From positions 39,465,602 to 39,529,601 of the forward strand of contig NC_068991.1 of the NCBI RefSeq assembly GCF_001194135.2: DNA of 64,000 bases, read 5' to 3'. The notes beneath the pieces are model-generated. The model was not told the DNA's origin and did not search any database. It was given only the letters and a program-made list of their open reading frames with translations. The DNA comes from Octopus bimaculoides. Lineage: Eukaryota. A program made the translations under genes and the position numbers. Of the stretch, positions 14,213 to 27,100 are shown piece after piece (position 1 is the first letter of the stretch; every line of letters starts with the position of its first letter).

Positions 14213-17200
14213 CTGCATAATATTATTACTATAATGTACACATAGATATATATGAATCTTCTGAGGACCATAGAAAATTGTGTGGTAATGAAATTGGAAG
14301 AATGAAGAGAAATTATAAGGAAGATCATTAACAATCAGGCATCTCTGATCTATTGTGGTCTATTACCTATAGCATCATCATCATCATCATTTAACGTCCG
14401 CTTTCCATGCTAGCATGGGTTGGACGATTTGATTGAGGACTGGTGGAACCCGAAGGCTACACCAGGCTCCAATCTGATTTGGCAGAGTTTCTACAGCTGG
14501 TTACCCTTCCTAATGCCAACCACTTCGAGAGTGTAGTAGGTGTTTTTACATGTCACCCGCACGAAGGCCAGTCAGGCGATACTGGCAACGGCCATGCTCA
14601 AAATGGTGTATTTTATGTGCCACCTGCACAAGAGCCAGTCCAGGGGTACTGGCAACGATCTCGCTCGAAAGTCCTTACACATGCTGCGGGCACAAGTGCC
14701 AGGAAGGCGACACTGGGCACAGGTGCCATCCCAATTTCGCTTGCCCCAATAAGTCTTCGCAAGCTGAGTTTCATTTCCAATGAAGGAGACGACGTTGGCA
14801 TGGGTGCCAGTCATCGAATTTAGTTCGATTTCGATTTCACTTGCCTCAGCAGGTCTATTATTGTTATTATTATTGTTATTATTATTATTACTACTACTAC
14901 AAGGCAACATAAGAAGGAGAAGAAGGCAGCAAGTGAGCAGAATTGTTACCATGCTGGACTAAATGCTTAGCAGCATTTCACTCATCTTTATGTTCTGAGC
15001 TCAAATTCTGCCAAGGTCACCTTTGCCTTTTGTCCTTTTAAGGTTGATGAAATAAGTGCCAGTTGGTTACCCACTAGCATCAACTAGCCCTCTCTCACCA
15101 AATTTCAGGCCTTGTGCCTATAGTAGACAGGATTATTATTATCATTATTATGATGATGATGATTTCTTTCATTTATAGATATAAAATGTGGGGATTTATA
15201 TTGTAGTAACGCCTGCACATGCGTAGTCTTACGCATGCGTAGAATTAAACAAGCAAGCGTTTCCCGCTCAATTCATTCTCTTTCTCGCTGGTCAGCGATT
15301 GAGCATGGATGTGTGTTTAAAGCTGTCTCTACATCTTTCGGACTTACGCTCGACAGCTCGCTCACACCTACAGAACAACGTCCCAACAACTATGCTCATA
15401 CACACAGAAGCTGTAACAACAAGAACTAATGATGTACATATTTACCACCTAAATAAAGTGTTGTTTAAGTTGATAGTCTGGAGTTCAGCGTTCCGTTATA
15501 TTCTATAATTTTATAGTAGAAAGTCAGGTATACAATCTAAAGATGTATAACCTACATTCCTCTACTAAAATATAAAACGATGAAGAAAAAAAGGAATGTA
15601 AGTATTTGTGGTATAAAATATTAAGAAAAAGAAATAATGTATACATAGTATACATCAATAAAAAGAAAAGATGACAATGATGTGATTGAACAGGAGGACT
15701 TCCAGGGTCAATTGAAGAACCCCACCATCCAAGAACTCCAGGAACATCAAGGGTAAGTGCTTGTTCCAATTTTTTTCTCTTATTTACAAGTTTATTCTTA
15801 AAGTGGTTGCATCTATTCTTGCTGTTTCCATCACTCACACACATCTTTCAATAAATTCACTTAAAGACATTACTTGTCTCTCATCTTGATCTTCCTTTTC
15901 TTGAAGAAGTCAATGAGCGTTCAACGGAAGAGAGAAGTCTCTGCCATACTTTTCAGCTTCACCCACCACACAACTTCTTTTGCCAATGGCACCAAACAAA
16001 GAAAACCACCTTCTTTGCCTGGTTAAAGAAGGGATGCAGTGCAATCATCACTATGGACTTAGCCCACAGTTGGATTTGTTCTACATGTGACAATAACTGT
16101 TTGTTGTAACTGCAGCAATACTGGGACACTGAAGGAGTGCATGAAAAACAAATTCGTTGCTCTGTGCACATCTCAGACAAGCCCATCTGGCAGAACTTCC
16201 ATGTCTGTAGAATTTACCTTGAACTTATTACACCCCTCAATAGCATGACTAGGCCAAAGACTTCTGGAAATTATCCATGGGAGTCCTCAATCTTAAAGTC
16301 CTCTGGAAAAGGCTAGCCAGTCTCCCTAAGTCACATTGAGAACATAGTTCCTCTTCACCTCCACTATAGATTGCTAGAGTGAAACATCCTCTGACCTATT
16401 GTCTAACTAGTTGAGGGCAGTGAGCACCTGATAATATTCTGTGTCAAGTGCACAGTCTTGGTCTTTGCTTCACCCAGGGCAGCAGCTCTGTCAAAAAGAT
16501 GAGCTGCAGAAAGATGTGCCTCATAAACAGTGCCCACAACCATTCATCATCTAGAAATCTATGCTGGTGGGACATCCACAGCATGCATCAGAAATTACAG
16601 TATGCCTAAGTATGTAGAGGGTTATGCTAACAAATGGACAACATGACCAGTAGAAAGTATCTATTCAACAAGACACTGAATAATGGCCAATCCAATCTGA
16701 TCAGGTGGTAACTAGGGCAAGGCATGAGAGCCAGGCAGTAAACAATAATGGAGGCAATGCAGGCATTTGGCACCACTGCTCATCCTTCCAGGGGCAGCTT
16801 CCTCTCTTCCCATTTCTAGGTAAGACTGGCCACCTTGTTCATCACCTTTGCCCAGTTCCTCTCCACCTGGAAGTTAGGATCAAACCAAATCCTGAGCAGT
16901 TTGACTGGTTCATTAGGCCAGCATTCAATAATGTTGTCCAATGGGTGCCCAGCTGCAAGTTCACTGACTTGTCTGTGTTGATCTTGGCCCTTGCCACTAT
17001 CTTGTTTTTCTTTACAATGAAAAACAGATACTGACCATCTTTGCTTTAGAAGTGCCCAACACCATGACAATGACGTTTGCATACACTGAAATGGCCTTCC
17101 TGGATCCCAGTGTGAAAGGGATGAACCTCAACTGTTCCAATTTCTGGAGAATAGCTCCAGAAATGGCGTCTCAGAAGAGGTGAGAGCAGCCAGCCCTGAT

Positions 17201-20200
17201 TGATTGAGTGTGCAACACAAAATAGTTCCAAGAGATGGCCGTTTACTTTGACCACTAAACAGCTGCTGCTGTGGATTGCAACAACATAATCTCTGTAAAC
17301 AGGTTCAAAACCAACCAATTTCATGATGTCTTCCAAGTAACAATGGTCAACCCCATTGAAAGCTTTTAACAGAACCAAATTGATCATGGCCCTATGGAAG
17401 CCACCTTTGGTCCTATGATGTATGACATCAAATAGAGGCTGTTTGGGGGTCAAACATATTTATGCCTACCTAACCAGATCACTGCTGACAAGTGCCAACC
17501 TTTTCACTTTTCATTAACACCTTGGCCAAAAATCTTATACTCTGTGTTTAGGAGAATTATTGACCAAAAATTGCCTACAACATTCTCTTTGTCAGCATTC
17601 TTTTTCAACAGTGTTATTCTTTGACTCACAGCACTAGGAATTCTTCAGTTTTGTTGTCAGTTGTGGTAGATATCTGTGAAGAGGTCATCAAACAAGTCTG
17701 GCATTAACTTGTAGAATTTGGAGGGGGGAAACCATTCAAACTGGGTGATTTGTTCCATGAGCAACTGCTCATTGACCCCTTATTTCAGAGATTGTGATCA
17801 CTTTTTGCAGAACCTCACACTGAGGGCTTGGCTGAAAAGGAAAGTATTTGTCATGAGTCTTTAATCATGCCTACAACACAATCTCTTTCTCTATAATCAC
17901 CAGGCAGAGTAAAGCTTCCTGCTCTTCTCATCTAAATGAATGCAGTGGGATGATTTTTCACAATGGACTCAACCTATCAATGGATTTGTCCCACATACAA
18001 CAAAGTTGTTCAACAAAACTCCATGAGTCAGTAATGTTCAAATGTTGAATGTATGCAAGCAGAATAGTTTCTGCATGCACACATCTGAGATTGGCCTAAG
18101 TTGGCAGCTTCTGTACATGTAAAATTTTACTCAAACTGGTTTTGCTCATCAGCAGCATTGCCAGGCCAGGTATTTCTGCAGGTTATTCATAGTTCTCAGG
18201 CTGGAAGTGCTATAGAACAGACTATCCAGTTTATTCTTGTCAATACCTAGAATTATTTCAGGAATTTTGTTGCTATTCTCCACTACCAGTTTTCTACTGA
18301 ATGCTGATGTAGAGATTCTACTGACTGCATTGCTCAACTGGAAGAGACTACAAACAGTACCAGACAATATTCCAGAAGTGCCCTATCTTGACCAACAACA
18401 ATTGCTCTGTCAAATAGATGAGTAGTGAGAAAACATATCTAGTAATCACACTTGCTCACTAACCAGAATCTTGGTAGATATTGCAACATCAGTACATATC
18501 TGTACATCATCACTTACAGTATACTGAGCCCTCTGCACAGAGAATGTTGGTAGTAGATATGGACTGCCTGACCAGTCAAATGTATCTCTTCCACAAGAAG
18601 TGAAATATCAGACACTTCAATCGAAAATCAAATGAAAACTAAGGCAAAGCATATCAGTTAAGCAGTAATATAAATAGAGACAATGTTTTATTTGCTATCT
18701 TTGCCAGACCCTTTTATGGATAGCTGCCTCTAGGATCATTTCTGGGTGAGGCTGGCCTGGATCAGAACAGGGATGAGATTATAATCTCATCCCTGTTCTG
18801 ATCCACTTAGAAGTCTAGACTAAACCATATCCCAAGCAATTAGACCAGTCCATCATGTTTCCCAATGGCTTTGACATGCCTTACCATGTGATGATTTGCA
18901 AGCTCACCAACTTGTCTGGATTCATTTTTGCTCCTGTCCCTTTTGAATCCCTTTGAATGGTGCCAAACGCCTCCTGATATTGTTGCTGTCTGATGTCTAC
19001 ATATGCTGATGTGGATCTTCCAGATCTAAGTTAAAATGGTATTCCTATTAATAACTTTTAGTTTCTGTAGTAATAGCTTGGTAGTCAGTATATAAGTGGT
19101 TCACTGTCAACTGTATCTCAGCTGCTATTACCGGCTTTTTTTACAATGCACAGCATTTTCTACTAAAAGTTTCAACAAGTCATCAAGACAGGCACTAAAG
19201 TTCTACCACCTTCAGTCCACTGTTTGCTCTGAACAGTTGAGTAATGTGTCAGTGGAAGCTGCACACATCTGCTTGAAATTAGTAGCATATGTTCTTGTCC
19301 ACTAAAGACTGAATTGTGGCTTTGTTGTTATGTTGTACTTCTACCACATGGGTCAATTGCACATGCCTCAGTTATGAGAAACAACCATCATGTTTATATT
19401 GAAGAAATAGTCAGAGGCCATTATTACAGCTAGCGCATAAGTTGCAATGCCTTTCCTAACTGTCTCTTATAATTTGCTGTTTAATTCTCCATCAAATATA
19501 TTTATCTCTATGGCTACTTCTTAACCTTTTCCCAAAGATTTTTTTCTTTTTGCTCTAGCTTGATCACATAATCTCTGTTCCGTGAGCTCCATTGATCATA
19601 CGAGCACCATTTTCATCTACAGGGTTGCTCAGGTAGTAACACTCCATGATCACAGCATTGACTTGTTTGTTCCATCTACGCCATGTGTGCTGGTCCATTG
19701 CTGGATAATGATAGGCTGGAGCTGGATCATTATCTCTGAGCCTGCCGGGTGCAACACTGTCACCATCAAGAGCTTCAGTTTCATTACCACCGTTATTCAC
19801 AATATTTCATTTTTTCATTGTTGCTCATATGAGGTAGCGATTATGAGGTTGAAGGTCAGGTTTGTGTAGGATGGAAGATTGCAAAGATAAAGCACTGTAC
19901 AAGCACTTGAGAATGAATGAAACTGAAAGTAGGTGGATAAAGAAAAGAATACATGGACAATTTCATAGGGATGTTGAAGATAAGACAGGCAGGGAAAACA
20001 GATGGCTATGGATGACTAAAAGCCTCCGGAAACAGAGGCTCTAATCTGTGCTGCCCAAGAGCAAGCATTAAGAACCAATTACATCAAATACAGAGTAGAC
20101 AACACATCAAAAAGTGGTAAGTGCAGAATTTGTGGACAAAATGGTGAAACTGTTTTGCATATTACCAGTCAATGTATGCCACTAGCCCAGAAAGAATACA

Positions 20201-23200
20201 AGAGATGTCATGACAACATAGCAAGCATTGCTTATTAGACAATTTGCAACAAGTATGGACTTGACAGAGCAAAAAAGTAGTATGGACATAAACCTGAAGG
20301 TATCATTGAACATGATAATGCAAAGATCCTATGGGATTTTATGATTCAGTGCGACCATGAGATAGAGAATAGGAAGCCAGACATAATCTTAATTGAGAAA
20401 GAAAGCAAATGATGCTGGATCATAGATGCCCAGCTGACAACAAGATATGCGATAAGGAAGAAAGAAAAGTCGATAGATATGACAGGTTAGCTTGAGAAGT
20501 TAAGCAGTTGCGGTCACTGGAAAAAGGTGGTAGTAGTACCAATAATTGCCAGAGTCCTGGGAACAGTGAGTAAAAATCTTGAGAAGTACATGGAACACAT
20601 AGGAGCTGCAATAAGGGTAGAAAGCTTGCAGAAAACAGCACTGTTTGAAACCGCTGAAATACTCTGGATGGTGCTCAAAAAACAAGGGGTGTTACTTTAG
20701 TTTACTGGTAGTGAACAGCTTTCTACTATAGGCACAAAGCCTGAAATTTAGGGGAGGGGAACAATTGATCACATCGACCCCAGTACTCAACTGGTACTTA
20801 ATTTATTAACCCCGAAAAGATGAAAAGCAAAATTGACCTCAGTGAAATTTTCACTTAGAATGTAGCGGCAGACAAAACACTGCTAAGTACTTTGCCTGAC
20901 ATGCTAACGATTCTGCCAGCTCACCGCCTTAATAACAACAAGAACTTCTGGTTTAGGTACAAAACCAGCAAATTTGAGGAGAGAGAATTTTTCTATACCA
21001 CTGGTTTCAGTACTTGACTGAAATTTTATTTTATTGGTGGTAATCAACTGGTTCTAAGTAGAGTTAATTTTGAAATTATAAGAATCTACAAGATGTATGG
21101 TTTACGATATTAAAGTAGTAGGAATAGAGTATGTTTGAAGAGTTTTTTGCTAGTTTGTTGTACAAAGCTGAAATATATGACAAAAGAAAGCAATGGAAAA
21201 ATAATTCTACTGTCTTGCCAACAAGGAAAAACTGTGTAGTTTCTGAGTCTGTTAGAAATAGGAAGCAGTTCTCCTTACTGTCTTAAAATAGTAAAGGGAA
21301 ACACAGGATCATTCATTCCTAGACACTCTATACCTGAAGAAAATGAAGGATAATGTCTTTATCAGAGCTGACCTGGAGCTAGCAACAACTTCAAGGTTTT
21401 TCTCATGAATTATTACATTAGAACAGTGGTTATCAACTATTGTTTTTTGTCTATGGACTCCTTTGATAAATATTTTATTCTGATGGACCCCCATAGCCAT
21501 TTGATATTTAAAAACTAGTTTTATACATACTTCTTTCAAAATTCCTATTTTGCTTTCTACATAGCTGTTTCTTGCAACACATACTAATGCATACATTTAA
21601 AGCAAAATCTTTTCAGGGGAACATAAAATTCTATTGTGGGTCCCCAATTCACTATTTTGTTGCATGGACCCACCAAAATATTATATATTGACCCTGGTTG
21701 AGAACCACTTTACTCCACTCCCTCCAAATTGAGGGAGTGGAGTAATGGAGGGAGTGGAGTAGGTAAAATTCAGACTACATATGTTTCCTAGCTAGCAGAT
21801 CCTCCGATGTAATAATTACTCAATGAGGGGTACTCTGCTAGCTACTCATCAGGCCAAAGACACCTTAGTCATATGAAGGTTACATTGTCATTAAGGAATT
21901 CCAAGTTATCTCAGCAAAATTATATCTTTGGCAAGTTAATTTGAGATTCCTTAATGACAATGTAACCTTCATATAATTAAGGTATCTTTGGCTTCATGAG
22001 TAGCTAGCTGATTACCCCTCATTGAGTAATTATCACATCAGAAGATCTGCTAGCTAGGAAACATATGCAGTTTGAATTTTACCTGCTCCACTCCCTCAGT
22101 TTGAACTTTTATTCACAGTCATAGCAACTCAAGTTGCTAACTGTGAGCTATAAAATAACTTTTTTCAGCTTATCAAACTTTGATATGGGGAAAGCCTACA
22201 AATTCCGACACCAATAAATTATTATTGTTCCTGAATGTTATTTTTACACATATCACACACTGCTTGAAGCTTAAACTTCCTACACTTGGATCTTTGGATC
22301 TTATAATTATATATATGTGTGTGTGTGTGTGTGTGTATACCTCTATGTGTGTGTCTTTGTGTTTGTCCCCCAATACTGCTTGACAACCAGTGTTGGTTTG
22401 TTCACATCCCTGTAACTTAGCAGTTCTGCAAAAAGAGACTTGTAGAATAAGTACCAGGCTTAAAAAAAAAATACAGAGGTTGATTCGTTCAACTAAAAAG
22501 TTCTTCAAGGCAGTGCTCCAGCATGGCCACAGTCTAATGACTGAAACAGATCAAAGATACAGATACAAAATACCAATATTACTAAAATAATGTACTATTT
22601 CAAGTCCTAGGACGCAATGGGTTGGTTACCCAGTTTCTATGGTATATAAGTAACTGAGATCACAACATTCCCCTCCATCACAGGGTTACTCATTTACGAC
22701 TGGATGGACTGGAACAATGTGAAATGAAGTGTTTTGCTCAAGAACACAACACACTGCCTAATCTGGGAATTGAAATTACAATCTTGCAATATTGAGTGCA
22801 TCACTCTCACCATGTCACGTGCCTTCACAATATTATTGGACAGACCAGTATAACATATTGGTTTCAAATTTTGGCACCAAGCCAGCAATTTTGGGAAGGT
22901 TGATTACAATGACTCTGGTGCTTAACAGGTACTTATTTTTGTGACCCTAAAAGGATGAAAGACAAAGTCAACCTTGGCAGAATTTAAACTCAGAGCATAA
23001 AGACAGACGAAATGCTGCTAAGCATTTTGCCTGGAGTGCTAACAGCCCAATATTAAAGACCCTCTTCAGACATAACTGACCATGGGATTGCACCTACAAA
23101 GTCCACCCCCCCCAGGCACAAGTCCGGGTAAGATTGTTTATGGAAGATTAGTAGTTACCCATGCATACCAGCCTCCCCTCTCCATGCCACCAATGTTATT

Positions 23201-24088
23201 GAAAGGAAAGATAAATGCCAATACAGCTTGGCACCAGTTGAGAGAACTGGAGCAATTTGAAATAAAGTGTCTTGCCCAAGAACACAACACACAGCCTGGT
23301 CAAGGAATCAAACTCACTACCTTATGATAGTGAGCCCGATGCTCTAACCACTGAGCCGTGTACCTTCACTACCAAAATTATCAAATAGAGAAATGATAGA
23401 TCAATATTATATAAAATACAAACTTACTAGATAGGCCATGAGCATTATTTTTGATGACAAGCAAAGTATCAGGGTTGTGCTGACTGGATGCAGAAGCAAT
23501 TTTGCCCCAAAACCTGTGGTTGTAATAAATAAGATATAAATGAAAAAAAAACCATAGGAAAATAAAAATGTAGTTAAAAGTGCAATAAAACATAGAGAAT
23601 ATTTATGAAATTTAAAGATCTCTATAGAACTATATCTTCACCATTATTATTGTTTTAACATCTACATTTTCATGCTTCCCTATCAGTGACACTTGCTTAC
23701 AATTAATACATGATGCAAAGAGAAGGGGACACAAACTCACATCATCATCATTTAACATCTACTTTCCATAATGGCATGTGTTGGACAGTGTGACAGGAAC
23801 TGGACAGCTGGGAAGCTGCCCAGGTTCAAATTGTCTATTTTGGCAGGGTTTATGCAGCTGCTCTCATCAATATGCATCACATGACCATACCAGTGCATAT
23901 ACATACATACACAATGAGCTTCTATCAGTTTCTGTCTACCAAATTCACTCACAAGGCTTTGGCCATCTTGAGGCTATAGTAGAAGACATTTGTCCAAAGT
24001 GCTATGCAATGGGATTGAACCCAAAACCATACAGTTGGGAAGTGATCTACTCAACCACGCAGCCACCATATGTACATACATACATATA

Positions 24089-24165
<77 letters not shown>

Positions 24166-27100
24166 GAGAGAAAAGTTGGACAGCGCCCTGAGAGAAAAGT
24201 TGGACATAAGAAGCATCAGATGCGGTTTGCAAGAGAGACTGTGCTTGTATGGTCATGTGATGCATATGGATGAGAACAGCTTTGTGAAGAAGTGTCACAC
24301 TCTAACAGTGGAGGGAACCTGTGGAAGAAGTAGACCCAGGAAGACATGGGATGAGGTGATGAAGCATGACCTTCAAATGTTGGGACTCACAGAGGCAATG
24401 ACAAGCGACCGAGACCTTTGAAGATATGCTGTGCTTGAGAAGATCTGGCAAACCAAGTGAGATCGTAGTTGTGGCCAATGCCAGTGTCACATAACTGGCC
24501 TGTTTAAAAGCACCTTCAATTGTTGGCTGATATGCCATGCTTGTGAAGACCTGTTGAACTGAGTGAAATCGTAGTCATGGCCGATGCCAGTTCTGCCTGA
24601 GTGGCACCTGTGCTGGGTGCACATAAAAAGCACTATTCAAGCGTGGCCAATGCAAATTGCGTCTGACAGGCTCCTGTACCAGTGGCATGTAAAAAACTCC
24701 ATTCAAGTGTGGCCAATGCCAGAGCTGGCTGACTGGCTCCCATGCTGGTGGCACATAAAAAGCACCCACTTCACTCTCAGAGTGGTTGGCATTAGGAAGA
24801 GCATCCAGCCAAATCAGATTGGAGCTTGGTGCAGCCTCCCAGCCAGCCAGTTCTCAGTCAAACCATCCAATCCATGCCAGCATGGAAAGTGGATGTTAAA
24901 CGACAATGATGATGATGATGATGACAGACATCACACACATCGGTTGAGATGGGCAAGCTTTATGATACAAGGTCAGTCAGACTCGCTGAGGATGACAATG
25001 TGATATTTTCACAAAGTTTGAAATCACTGCGATATGTGTACGACTAGCTTTACAATTTAGAAAATTTTCATCATATATATAAATATAAATTTGACATTGG
25101 CGATTCTTGTCTTGGGATTCACGGTCAAACAGCTGGGTGGAATTGCACGAAAAATTACACAGATGTGTAGAATGATCCGGTGGTGATGCTGGGCTTTGTA
25201 TTTTTTTCATAGCTCCCATGGTTACCGAGATAATCTACTATAATAATACTCTTGTGTTTATGAATGAGAATGGGAGGGGTGATAGATGAATAAGGAAGGA
25301 AGGATGATGTCATACTTGGTAGTGGGATGATGAAAATTGTACGCTAAAGAAAATAAATCAAACTGTGTTTCAACTCTGTGTGAATATATGTGTGGGTATG
25401 TGAATGCATGTGTGTGCGTGTATACGCGCAATGGAAATGGGATGGTTCATCTTTGTTTGCTTAGTATTTGGGTTTATTTTTTGATTTGGCTGAATCTTGG
25501 TTGGTTTTTCTTTTGTTGGTCAGTTATTTTTAGAGTTTTGACAACAAAAGCCATTCTAAAATTTTTTTAATATAAGCGTGTCCAAACAAATCGAATGTTC
25601 AAACAGAGCAGGTTTTACAGCCACATCATCCAAATTGACCGGATGAAACTGGGCTTAGCTAATATATATATATTGGACACAAAACCCTACTTGTGAAGAC
25701 CTGTTGAGGCAAGTGAAATTGAAAATTGAACCAAATTTGTTGACTGGCACCCATGCCAACCTTCCTTTATCGGACACTAAACTCAGCTTGCAAAGATCTG
25801 TTGGGACAAATGAGATCGAAACTGAACCAATTCTATGACTGGCACCCGTGCCAGGGGAACGCTGACAGCACCGTCCGAGCAGGATCACTGCCAGAGCAGC
25901 GGTCTGGCTTCTGTGCCGGTGGCACATAAAAAAGCACCATTTGAGCGCGATCATTTCCAGCTTCGCTTTACTGGCACTCGTGCCGGTGGCATGTGAACAA
26001 AACATTGGACTGACACCTGTGCAGGTGGCACGTAAAAAAACACCTGGAAGCTTAAAGATCCTGCGAATGGATAGAGATTTAGAGATGTATTACTCAAAGC
26101 TTTTGACAAAATAGAGGGGGATATAGCATCACATTATGTGGAAGACAACTGGAGGTTTCTACGGGACAACCTGCTGAGGGCCACTGACCAGATCTGTGGA
26201 TGGTGCAAAGGCCCCTCTCAACCCAAGGTAACGTGGTGGTGGAACAATGTTGACAGGGCCGTTAGAGAAAAGAAACATGATTGGAAGAATGGTGGTAGCA
26301 GGGAATTGTATCAGACTGCCAGAAGGGAAGCTAGGAGACAGGTTTATTTAGCTAGAAGAAAAGCAGATAAGGAAAAATTTGCCAATGTTCTGTGCCATGA
26401 GGACCAAAGACTTGTGGTATTTCGTGTTGCAAGACAGTATGTGAGAGAGAATTGTGATGTCGTAGGAGAGAAATTTGTCCACAAGGATGATGGTTCACTT
26501 CCATTAAACGAGGCTGCAAAGAGAGAGGTTTGGCAACACCACTATGAAAGATTGCTAAATAAAGGAATGAATGGGAGAAAGAGAATCTGCTGAATGCTGA
26601 CCCAACAGAAGGACAAGCTATCTGAATTGACAGTACCTTGGTAGATAAAGCAATTTAGGGTATGAAGACAAGGAAAGCCCCCAGCCCATCAGGAATCACT
26701 GCAGAGATGCTCAAAATATCTGGCAGTGTAGGCTATAGCCTAGTCACCAGTATAATAGACAAGGTGATTCATGAAAGAGTCATACCCAATGACTGGTGTA
26801 GCAGCACCATAGTCAACTGCTACAAAGGTAAAGGTGACTCATTAGATACAAATAATTACAGAGGTATCAAGTTGTTGGATCAGGTAATGAAGGTCATGGA
26901 GAGGGTCATAGCCCAACTAATTAGGGAGAGAGTCAGCCTAGATGAGATGCAATTTGGGTTCATCTCAGGGAAAAGATGCAGTTTGGGTTCATGCCAGGGA
27001 AAAGTACCACTGATGCTATATTTCTGGTAAGACAGCTGCAGGAGAAATACCTAGCCAAAGATAAACCTCTGTACCTGGCTTTTGCTGACATGGAGAAAGC

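Noticed and set aside
18000-19500. Short ORFs and LINE-like composition between the Tx1 and R4 remnants
   Set aside because: No diagnostic motifs could be read; probably very old retroelement debris.
23778-24421. Several 80-143 aa ORFs with YIYIYI runs (also at 3998-4219, 49875-50102 and 57286-57498)
   Set aside because: Translations of (TA)n microsatellites and SINE/LINE sequence.
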